Assembly (NCBI GenBank): GCA_048013815.1
Contig: CM106586.1
Location: 4,898,001-4,962,000 of the forward strand
From: Setoptus koraiensis
Taxonomy: Eukaryota > Animalia > Arthropoda
DNA length: 64,000 nucleotides
Direction of reading: 5' to 3'
This document shows, one piece after another, positions 35,947 to 57,646 of the stretch. Positions within the stretch are counted from its first letter, which is position 1. Each line of letters begins with the position of its first letter. The position numbers were made by a program, and so were the translations under genes. The notes below the pieces were generated by a model that worked only from the letters and a program-made list of their open reading frames with translations, was not told the origin of the DNA and ran no database searches.

Positions 35947-36938
35947 GCCCCGAAAAACAGTCCTCCCTCGAAATCGTCCGCTAGCTCGGTTGCCGGCTCA
36001 CAGGCCGCTGTACACAATGTACAATTGCATAATTGTTACAACTGGCTGCCGCTTAATCGGCCGTCGACGTCCATTTGACCCGATGAGACAATGCAGTTGT
36101 TGCTGAAATGCTGCTGACTGCCCGTTTAATGAACCTTGAAAATTAGCCAGTTGTCCGCTGCTTATTGTTACGTAAACTTGTTGTTTATACGCTCACACAC
36201 ATACCCGCGTCGACGATGCAAAATGATGATGATAATGTTGTGATGATTGACACGTTGAACGCACAAGACAGACAAACTCATTGAACGACGACGATGACGA
36301 CCATCACAATAATCTTGACAGAATTCTTCTTACTTACTTGCGATCACTTTTTTATTTGCACTCATCTCCTGCCGTCTAGCCGTGATTTTGCGGCTCGATA
36401 GCTTTCTATTTTATTTATAGCTTATAGCTTACATAGTTTATATATGTGACAGCCAGCATTGCCATTCAATAATTCATTAATCATTAGCGAGCACCAATTA
36501 TAATCAACTAACAAACTGCAACGCTGATAGCAGTGGTTGCATCATGACGCTCATCACACACTATCAGCCACTCAAATTGTACGTCATAATAAATTTCACT
36601 GTCAATCTGTCACTCACTCGCTATCCGTCATTATCTCAGCATCACATCAGTGTTGAGTTCCTCTCCCTGATTAACTTGCTAAATCAACAGCAACAACAAC
36701 AACAGCAGAAAGATCTTGATTCTTTTTCACGCCAGACACCGGCGCCAGACGGACACAAACAAACAGCTCATTTGCAACTATTGTTGCTCGCCATTATCGT
36801 CTTAATCTAATCGCAAACACATAGACACCCCAGCGACTCTACTGCTGCTGTCTTTATAAGCCAACACGGATGTTCCGACCACAGAATATCGCCATAGCTC
36901 GATCGATAATTGTCTCACCAAATCAATAGTTCAACTGT

Positions 36939-36940
<2 letters not shown>

Positions 36941-37018
<78 letters not shown>
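36941..37018. repeat. (TC)n microsatellite, ~39 units
   Basis: Read directly. Confidence 0.97.
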
Positions 37019-37021
<3 letters not shown>

Positions 37022-37289
37022 TAATCATCATTTTAACACATGTGTCTCGTAATCGGCCTTCTAAATCAGGGCACATATCCATGAACTATTCATAAAAATT
37101 TAGTCGGCAGATTCAAGTGAGCGAAGAAAGGTCCACAGATGAACCTGGCCAAACCGAATCGAGGTAGCTTCACTCGTGAATCATCCGGCATCAACCATGG
37201 CCGATATTCATACATTTGCATCATGTTCTAAATTTTTTACAAAACGAACCTTTGAAATTGTCGACGCTGCTGTAGGTGTGGCTATCGGA

Positions 37290-38100
37290 AACATCGGCAA
37301 TCGATTGATTTTTCCCTGTCCATATCCGGCATAGCGTCATATATATGCAGATCGAGTTTCACGAGTTGTCATGCGGCCCAGACCAATCGCTTGAACGCAA
37401 TGAGCCGAAATACATTCTAGGCATGGGCTAAGATCATGTTTTTGAATATTCTAATTGTCGGGTGCCTAAAAACATCATTGGAAAAAAAAGATCGGAACCC
37501 CACAGGGCCTGCAAAATTTTGCCATTGGCTGTTTTCGACGCTCCGATTCTCGACGAGTGATTGCGCCATAAGAAGTCTAAACCTCTGATGATATGATTCA
37601 TTCAGCCGTACGTTGCTCGGTCTGCACGTTACCCGGGCCTCATATGACAAGTAGCGGTTGTTTTCGGAGATATCATAACAACAACAATGATTGATTGCGT
37701 TTTGTAATGAAAAAGTCATTAGCCGAAAAGATTTGTCGGGATTGCGGCTTTAGGCGAACTGTAGAGCAATCTTGAGTCGATTGACTGTAGCCAATTTATA
37801 GTGGGGCTAGAAAAACATGCCTCAGCGCACTATATCATAATTGGATAAATATTTGGCTAGGAGATTGTTCTCGCTATCCAAGACTTCTATATCGCTTTCG
37901 TGTTGGATCATGATCAAAGAATTTTTAGCGGATAGTTCGAACGTGGTCCTCGCCTGGATGCCTCGAAGCAGTAGATATCACGACTTCGAGAGATTTCTGT
38001 TTTTTTCTTTCTGGGTTCAAAAAAAGTATTTCTTAGAAGAAATCCTCGGATTTCTAATTTCATCGCAACTGTTCAAGCCCGATAGACGATCTTTCCAAAA
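37290..38100 (-). pseudogene. Possible decayed coding remnant (single stop-poor frame containing ORF 37417..37719)
   Basis: By-eye translation of one minus-strand frame gives ~270 codons of protein-like composition with about eight stops. No family was recognised. Confidence 0.2.
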
Positions 38101-39124
38101 ACTAGTCTAAAAACAGCTCGATCGAGCAGAACCTTCCAGTTTAGAACTCAAGCACCAAGTTGTTGTGGAGAATATTGTGTTGTGTGAAAAAGAGAGAAAG
38201 TCACGGAAATTGGCGTGAATAGTATAAGGATGTTGCATCCTGGCATATGCTAACGGTGTTTGTGATGTGTATATATAGTCGGTGGCCATTGTTTATGTGT
38301 TGCCAATAGTAACCATAGTATCACCGTTACATAATAATGGCCATCAATACCGATCATTACGCAAGCTTACGTGCAGAGTCTCTGAATATTGTCGCGTTGC
38401 GAGGGCCACTGTCTGCAATGAGGGCACGACAATATCCATAGCAATAGTAATTGGATTGTTGGTGCGATCAGAAATTTAGGAGAGGGGGGGGGGATGAAAT
38501 TCTCAACAAGGGACCCACAGCAACACTACTGGGTACGTCTGAATTAATGAGAGCAGCCTGAATTCAATTTTTCTACTTTTTCCAAATGAGCAGGTAGCGA
38601 CTGTCGACAGCCATATAGTGTTCGTGACGTGTCTGAGAGATCGTGCTAAAAGCTATTTCTCTTCCCCACATGCTGTTCGACATGATAAAAGAAGAAAAGA
38701 ACCTCATAAAAAAACGAACAACTCTTCCACTTGATACAGTACGCAAAAGCTAGCATTTTTTCAGGAATTAAAATCCAGCCAATGTGCATAATGAAAAAAT
38801 CAGTTTATTCTGACAGGAGTCAAGTTTTGTGATTAAATTGTGGTCACTTAGTTAGCCATTAGCACGGACAGTACGTTTGAATTATTTGCATTGTTTATGT
38901 CGAGTGTGCCCGTTTTATTTTTTGCATCATCTTCAATTTTGATCAAGATCACTATATTACATCAGCGTTTGCGTTTGCATCGGTTGGTCTGCTAATGATA
39001 TTATACCGGCGACATTTGTGATAAATTCATTTCATCTAGTCCCGTTATGCGTTTGGGTGTTATTAGTGTGTCGAAATATTACTGATAAAGGCACACACAT
39101 ATACACAACAAATATTTAATCATA

Positions 39125-42100
39125 ATGCGAAACTATGTTCTGCTCTCACTTGCCATATTTGCATGTGTATTGGGTCTATTGCTTCTGTGGTTGCCTAATT
39201 TAATGGAGGGACCCATTCAAGACATTGTAGAATTGACAAATGAAGAAATCAAAGCTATCTGGTGAGTTCTATAAAACGATAATCTTTTGATGAGATCTCT
39301 CCATGGGCAGCACCTGAGAAACTTCTTAAATGCTTTGGATATAGAAATTGATCGTTGCGGATGAACAAAAATCACTCTGCGGTCCCTGGTACAAAAAATA
39401 TCGAACCCTCCGACCTATAAACCATCTGATAGACATAGCGCCGGCATATAAGTAATACTATTCAATCTGAAAACGTTGCCATCTCCAGTTGGATCAACTG
39501 ATTTTTCTGAGTTAAAAACTTTCGTTTCCGGCTTTCATTTCAATCAAGTTGTACTCATTCCTGCCGTTCAAAGTGGCTCTCTCGAACCAACTGAGGTCAG
39601 GGAGTGATGTCATTTCAGATTGTTGTTGGTGCCGGTGGTGTTGCTTCGGCAGATCGTTGTTTGATCCAAATGTTTTCATTCAATCTGATTCAACACATAC
39701 ACTATAATGTGATCGATTATTACTCAAAGTTAATCACCACTCCACTATTAATCAATCATTATTTTTTTTTTCAACTGCGTGCTAACGATTGAAAACACAG
39801 GTCGGCCCCGCCAATTGATATAAAAACATCCTTCTGGCTTTACGGCATCAGCAACAAAGAGTAAGTTGTCCAGTGAGGGGAACGCATTATTTCGAGGGAA
39901 GTCTTATTATGCGATGTCTCGAATAACTATTTGAAATCACGCTGATTTCCATTGAATTTCTGATTGATTTTTTTAGGAATTTCATAAACGGAAGCAGGCC
40001 GAAAATCACCAGGCACGGGCCCTATGTGTTCGGGTAAGTGACGCTAGATTAAGATAAGTATCGCTAACTAACATGTATGGAACTAACGAGATGTGCTATC
40101 GATTGTGTTCGCCAATAGATCCAGGCCGGTGAAGAAAATCATAGCCTACTCGGACAACAAATTTCGTGTCACCTACAACAGCACCCGCTATTATCATCTG
40201 ATGGATCGCATATCGCCCAGTATGGACGAACAGCTAAATTTGTTGAATCCAGTTTACGCTAGCGTGGCAACTGCCCTAAGTGCCTATGGTCACAAGCAGA
40301 CCAACTTGCAAGCCAGCTCGAACGGATCGAGTGGGTCCAGCCAGCAGCAGTTGGATATGATGTATGGTGCTGCAAATCGATTGATGGACAAATTTAATGA
40401 GACTCTCATAAGGGTCACCACACCAAGAGAGGCTTTGATTGGTCGAAAGATCATGCTGCTGGAGAAAGTGAGAAAAATGGCCGAGGCGTTCGAGATGAAA
40501 TTAGACATGCCCGATCCGCCGCCCAATGATACATTGGGCTATGTGTTCTCTTTAAACGCCACTTGGCAGGGCCCGTTCGAGATTTGGACCGGTTACAAGT
40601 CGTCGCGAACGTCGCTAGGCGACATAGTGACCTGGGAGGGCAAAAAACGATTGCCTTGGTATCCGGATAAATGTGGCCGATTGCAGACTTCGGCTGGCGA
40701 ACTGAGACCCATGCCCATCAAAGACAAGCAAAGGCTGGAGATATTTATACCGTCTTTGTGTCGCATTATACAGTTGGATCCAGTGGGCAAACGAAAGAGA
40801 CGCGAGGGCGAAGTGATAAAATACATAGTGTCGCCAGAAAGTTTTGCCAATCGCACCGTCAATCCGGAAAATAGTTGTTTTTGCACCAAGGTCAATCCGA
40901 AAGACGACCACTGCAGCCTTAATGGAGCCATCGAGGCGGCGCCCTGCTACTTGGAAGTACCCATGATAATAACAGTCAGCGGTATAGAAATGGACTCGCG
41001 CATAGTTGGTACCCTGGATAATTGGGACAGCATGTACCCCTACGGTCTGACAGAGTGCTCGCCCCTGCCCATTGCGTCGTTCATGGAGGTACTGACGGTC
41101 AGTATCACGTATACGTACGGTATCATAATTACACTGCCGATATTTGCCGTTTCCGGTCACTGATCCGAATTTTTCTTCATGCATTTTCTCATCCACAATA
41201 CGCTTCTTTCTGATTGCACGATGACCAATCGTCGGTTGGCGCTTCTAATTCGGATACTCTGATTGAAAAAGAGCAGCGCTTCGGGGTGGCCATTCAAGCC
41301 GATCTCACCATAACTATTTTCGTTCGCATTGAGCAAGATACCAAGTTCAAGTAAGTTATGCCATTAGATACGATACTGCTCAGCAGATAAGATGAGCCAA
41401 TCGACAGCTCACGCTCTTTTTTTCTCTAATTTTCTCTTTCCCAAAAAAAAATCCCGAAAACTAATCTGTCCAATGAATCTGCTGTTGTTCCCAGACAAAC
41501 GACTGGCGTGCCCGAGGTGACCTATGTTCCGGTAGTGACCATGCGAGAACAGATAGAAATACCTCAGATTCTGGCCGATAAAGTCATTGTTGTCGAGGAC
41601 ATTTTCTACTATTTGCAACAACTAAATACGCCCGTATTTTTCGTGGCCTTCTGTCTGCTGGTGACATTGATTGTGCAAATGACGCGCACAGAGTATGGCA
41701 GTTCCATGGTACATCCGGAAAGTAGTACAACGTTAGACAATCAGTCGAGCTTGGGCGACATAACGGACAGTTGCAGATCGCAGCCGCCCAGCGGCACAAG
41801 TGGTCGCTCGCTGGATGTGGGCTCCGATGTCAATCTGACGCCCGCCACCAATAACAATCGATTGCAATTTGCAAACAACAACAGCAAACAACAGCAACAG
41901 TTATCATCGGCGGCGATAAACAACAAACTCAACAGCAACATGTCGAGAAAATCAACTGATATTAGCGACATTTCGCCTGTCACTATGAGCTCGTCGTTGA
42001 GCGGACTGACCATTGGCAGCAGGAGCCAGTTAATTAGTGGCGGCGGACGGCGATCGTCAGCGGCGCTGGCGCTGAACACAAATAACGCAAGCAACGACGA

Positions 42101-44138
42101 TCAGTACGACGATGATATGGGCCTAATGAGGCACCAATCAATTGTTAGTAACGGCACCACGAGACGATTTTCCGTAGCTAAGCGACTGACCAGTCAGAAT
42201 TCGTTGGCGCCAGCAAGCAACAACAACGAACAACAACAGTCTGTAAGTACCATCACTAATCAGCAGCAAGAGCAACAACAAGACAGTGGCCAACAAAAGA
42301 GGGCCCGTTTCTTTTCAAAGTTAGACGATCATTATGAAAAACAGCAGCAGCAGCAGCAGCAACAAGCAGATAAAGACGGCGACGAGGGTTCGATGAAAAA
42401 TAATAATAATAATAACGAAGTTGAAGAGATTGGGAAAGAACGCCAGAGAAAACAAAAGAATCCCATGACCACTATTGAGATGGGCGAAGACAAAGAAGGC
42501 GACGGGGGCGACTACGGCGAAACAAATGACGAGATTATGACGGCCACCGTTGATGGTGATAATGACGATGTCCATGTCGATGATGTTTCTGATGACGATG
42601 TAGATAAAGAGCATGCTGATGAACAAACGAACAATAATAATGATAATGATCCGATGAAACTGACAAAGAAAAGAAAAAACTGGCTGCTAAGACTCTACAC
42701 TAACATAGTACACACATTGATATTCAGGCAGGGCGACAGACAAAATCACCATCTAAACACAAATAGGACAGACGATAACAACGTTAAAAACGGCGCAGCC
42801 ACAAACAATAATGATGCAGATGGCGCCGACAATGCTAATCAAGATGCTAATTATGCAAATAGTAATAAATTGACAAACAACGATAACAAACAACAACAAG
42901 AAAATGAGGAAGAAGACAGAATATTGGCCATCAGTAAGAGGATAGATAATTGGTGCGCGACGGCGCTAGAGCAACAGCAACAATTGGAGAGTAGACGGGC
43001 CTCGTTGCTGAAAAATCCACCTACCGGCACGAAAAATGGCAGCGACAATAGCGACAACGATGGCAAACCAAAGTCACCAAAATCACCGGCGGCAAACGCG
43101 ACCAACGGCAACGACACCGCCGACAGCAACAGTAAACTGGTGCAGCAGGTCATCAAGGAGGAGTCGCTGTCCATAAACGACGCCGATACGGGTTTGGGAA
43201 GCTCTGTTGGGGCCATAACCGTCGACAACAACGAAAAACAACAGGCCATCAACGCGGCCGACGCAGACGAGAAAAATAGCAATTCCACAAACGCAGACAA
43301 CGGGCCCACTAGCGACGAAAACGATCAATTGGAAACCGGTTCAAATGATGACACAATCAAGGGGCTGACGGAAATGCCCGACGAAGAACCGAAGAAAAAT
43401 GCCACTGACAGCCAAGCTACAGCTGCAGCCGTTTCCGGTAACGCAACTTCAAATCACGAATTAAATTTTGATGCCACTGACGCCACAATGCCACCCAGGT
43501 CAGATACGTACAACGCCGACGACACCGATGGGGGCGCCCCAATGAGACAGTTGGGCCAAGAGGCCGTTTCGCAAATGTCCGCTGCCGATCACATAGAGCA
43601 CAACGGAGGTCCAATCACCGACCAAGCAATCACAGGTGATAGCGGACAAAATGACAGCAACGATAACGAAAACAACGACAAATCAGCGCCAATTGAGGAC
43701 GCAACGACGGGCGGTTCGTCGTCCAACACCTCGTTGAATACAGCAGAAACCGGAAATGGGTCAGCCAAATCATTTGACACGGTAATCAGCAGGCAATTGA
43801 TTGAAGAGGATGACAAGCAGCAAGTGGCAGACAGCACAAACGAGAGCGATTCGATTGAGGACAGGGGCAGAGGCGGTGTTGAGCCAGTTGATCAATATAG
43901 CGACGAGCAAATCAGACAAGAGCCAAGTGAGGAGACAGCAGAAAGCGCATCTGCAAAAAAGAATGGATCAAATAAAAAAAAGAAGCCACTAATCAACAGC
44001 AAAAGAATGGTGAGCGTGTCGACGAGCACCGACGAACAACAGTTACAACAACAGAAACAGCAGCAACAGCAACACGTTGACACACCCGAGTTAGATATGA
44101 AGGGCACGGAGAATATTATTTTCGAAGAACAGGAATAG
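39125..44138 (+). CDS. CD36 / class B scavenger receptor family protein with very long C-terminal tail; exons 39125-39261, 39801-39860, 39977-40033, 40119-~41097, ~41274-41350, 41495-44138
   Basis: The spliced N-terminus MRNYVLLSLAIFACVLGLLLLWLP (TM1) is followed by W-SAPPIDIKTSFWLYGISN, NGSRPKITRHGPYVF, GELRP, IFIPSLCRII, NPENSCFC, CSLNGAIEAAPCYLEVPMII, QRFGVAIQADL and YVPVVTM, then TM2 (PVFFVAFCLLVTLIVQM). This is the CD36 motif order. The exon 4/5 junction is ambiguous; ACG/GTCAGT to AG/CAG fits the family alignment best. Confidence 0.88.
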
Positions 44139-44829
44139 CAGCTATTATAATGAAAAGGGAATTTAAAAAATATTAAAATGTTAAAATCATTTGCTAGTGA
44201 GATAGCTAGTGAGCGGCCCCAAAGCCGGTGAATTTTTGCATTCGTCCCGACACGTGCAGTTGACAGTGGGCACCAAATGCCCAACGTGGTTCAAAAGGTT
44301 TGAAGTGTAAAATAGTTTGATTTAGAGGTCTTACAGGCGACGGGTTGAGGATGATAAAAATCAATCATTTTCTGACAATATTTATTATTAATATCACTTG
44401 TTTTCTCCTAAAATTTCTCATATCGTAATCATATCATTTTGTGTCATTGCCGGGCAATTGCCAGTGTAACATGAATTTGCCCAGAAAATAGTGTGTAGTC
44501 GGCACGGTGTCACCGATAGTTGAACGCCATTTTTTCAGCTATCTTGGTGAGCCCGCCGACCGTTGGTTGAGTATCAGTGTTGGTTTTGGTTTTTTTTTTC
44601 GAAGTCCCGAAAATTTTCGACAACTATCCCCACTGTTCGGCCGTGCAGGCAGACTTGCGCGCGAGGCAAATAGCCGACGAGAGGTAAAATCTCCCGTTTG
44701 CTGTTGGCCGGTATAGATCGCGCTCATCAGTCTGGCTGCGGTCTAAAACAATAGAAATGAGACTCGGGTTTTGCTTGCGGCAGCACTTGATCTGGCGACG
44801 GCCCTACGGCTTGGACCGCGCCCGTATTG

Positions 44830-54888
<10,059 letters not shown>

Positions 54889-57178
54889 TGCAGCCCTTTG
54901 GCAAGCTCGAGCTATAAGGTTTTCGCGGCTGGCGCAAGTGACTACGAGGATGCGAAAACGCGAAGACGCGAACAGTCTAGCGACCGCATACTGATAGCGC
55001 AGCTAATGTTGGTGTGCCATGAGAGGAGAGGCAATTTATTTTTATTATCTGGCCTCTCTCAGGCCAGATAGTACACAGACCGTCATTGCGCAACTATAGA
55101 CTGTGTGTGCCTGAGACAAACAAACGGATATATGGACAAATAGAGGGAGAGCATTAAACAGACACAGAAAAATGGATAGAGAGAAATGCGTATTTGCCAT
55201 TCGCCATGCACACCAGTGATTGTATATAATATAATGGATGACCAGTCAATGGTAATAGAGGCAGCTCTCAATGTTTCTTTGTGCGACAACGATTTATTAG
55301 GATCATTATAATCGTCATCATAATGAGACAATCGCTAGGGTCGAGGCGCAGTGGCCACCACAACAAGTTAAAAACACAAACACGATGCTAGAACGGGGCC
55401 CGGGGGGGGCATAAGTAAGTGGATAAAAAGAAGAGTGAAATGAACGAATGAATTGAATGGATGAAATGAAACGAAACGAAATAAAATAAAGTGATTCATG
55501 GACGGAGACATAGAGGGCAGCATGAGTGTCAACTTGCACTGCGTGTGTTGGCCTTGAGCTGGTAAGCTCAAACCAAACTGCTCTGCCATATCCGAAGCCC
55601 GCAAGACCAATTCTATTCTAAACTATTGGAGCCACCGAAAGACTTATCTAGTATTAGGTGATATGTGGCGCTAACATTGTGTCTGGGCACCGATTTCTGC
55701 AGCATGCCGATCTGGAAGCGTCCATGATCGGTGATGAGCTGCTCAGTCACTATCACTCGCTAAGGTGGTGGGCCCAATCAGTCTGATAAATCGGGACATA
55801 ATTGGATCAACAAAAACACTGACAAACAGCGTAGTGACGTATTGAGAGATGCGCTTTTCATACGCTTATATTTTTGCTCTCGTTAGTGCAACAATCCACA
55901 ATAACTGTACATTTCGGGACAGGGTGCTGTCGACAGCGAGATGCTTCGTGAGCCTGACAATAGCACTTACAAGTTTTTTGGCCACTCTCTCGCCAAACGA
56001 CTTGTTATGTCTGCATCACGACATAATGACGTTATAGCGAGTAACGTAACGTAGCCTTGAAACGTTTTTAATGTTACGCAACCGAGTTGCCGAGCTACCA
56101 TGCGACTACAACAACCAACTGCCACTGACAATGCGATTGCGACTGTGATGCCACAAACAAAAACAAAAACTCACACACGATGTTTTAACCGTTATAATGG
56201 ATAGCGTAGCTAATATTGGCATTCAAATCGGAAGTGACAGTAGCAAAGAAAAAACACATCAGAGGAATATTGAGACTGAAAGGAATATTCATTCATTCTC
56301 TTTGTTTTCATTTTGAGCAAGCGAATTGCAAATTTGTCGACCGACTATATTCCAAATCACATTACGTCATGACATGATGTTTGTGTTAGACTAACAGCAG
56401 CAATGATAGCCAATCAAGGATAACATTTTCAGGTGTATCGAAACACCAATGATCGCGCTACGGGCAGTTATTGTGTGTGATATGAGGCCATGGAAAAACG
56501 GCCAAAAGAGAAAATGACCGGCAACACGACAAGCGTCGGTAGCTTGAGAAGCCAAGCTACAGTTTAGACTATTTTGTAACTATGTCAGCTTGAACAAAGT
56601 TTCAGGAGTGCCAAACGCTTACGAGGCAGGGCCTCGAATCTGTCTGGAAACGATAAAAATATAATCGGTACACTCATCAAATGGGATTTATTTATTTATG
56701 AAGCACTTAGAGAATTGATTTGGCAATCATTAATTGGGCGAACCACACTTCTTGCAAAGATGATCGGATAGGTTCACTTATTTCTATTTGAAATTTGAAA
56801 ATTGATACCTGTTCAACGAGAAGCAAAGCGAGAAAGCGAAATTGAAAAAACTTGAGAGCAATATATCTCTAATGCTTGCGTAACAGGTACAAGTGAGCTG
56901 CAACTGATGGAAGTGAATTACAGTGAGAAATCGCCTGAAACAATTTTTGCTACTTGGTTGTGAATATGAAAAAATTTGTATTCATAAGTTATAACCGTGC
57001 GTCTGACTTGAAATATGAAACTGATAGCATGCATGCCGAGTCGAAAGTTTTCTCTTGTAACGAACATTCACTAAATTTCACTCGACAACTAACGATGATC
57101 GGTGGTTTCGGCCATTTTTAAAAAAATTTTAATATTCTTTTGAGTAATCAACCTGTAAGGTAATAACCGAATAAGGTG

Positions 57179-57646
57179 ATGATGTGGTCAGGAATGATTA
57201 GCGTTTCATTAGCGCTACTGATGGTTTTCCTGGTTATAACTGATGCAGCTCCTTGTAAAAGGGACTGGAAAGATCATGGAAGACGAAAGCACAAAGGTTC
57301 CCGGTACAGTGACAGCGAGGAAGGATCCAGTAGGGGATGGTGGGGGGGTTCGGATGATGATGTAGGTAGTGGTCCAGAAGATTTCAATACCGATTCCGAA
57401 AATACAGCTCCCGGATATCTAGGAGGAGGAATGGGGTCTTTGGGGGAGCATAAAACCCCCCATCCCCCCATGGACATACCAGAGGATTGGTGGCAATTTG
57501 GTATACCAAAGTATTTTAGATCTATATTAACCTACGACGACCCACGACATAAACGAGGTAATGAGCTTTGCGCGGCGAATAATGGCGAGTGGGCTAAGAG
57601 ATGTCCAGCGTGTTGTGGCAATCTTCCAGATGGTTTGGGAAAATAA
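57179..57646 (+). CDS. Orphan secreted protein (155 aa), intronless; prohormone- or effector-like
   Basis: The isolated ORF has a clear signal peptide (MMWSGMISVSLALLMVFLVITDA), a G/S/D-rich middle, a Trp/Pro segment and a Cys-containing C-terminus (LCAANNGEWAKRCPACCG) ending in GLGK-stop. The first ATG is at 57179. No homologue was recognised. Confidence 0.65.
   Translation: MMWSGMISVSLALLMVFLVITDAAPCKRDWKDHGRRKHKGSRYSDSEEGSSRGWWGGSDDDVGSGPEDFNTDSENTAPGYLGGGMGSLGEHKTPHPPMDIPEDWWQFGIPKYFRSILTYDDPRHKRGNELCAANNGEWAKRCPACCGNLPDGLGK

Noticed and set aside
25905-36078. Dozens of overlapping A/R/G/P-rich ORFs on both strands
   Set aside because: Expected from low stop frequency in GC-rich repetitive DNA; there are no motifs and no consistent exon chain.
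55498-55520. miR-184-like TGGACGGAGA
   Set aside because: The upstream flank is A-rich and cannot pair; there is no precursor fold.
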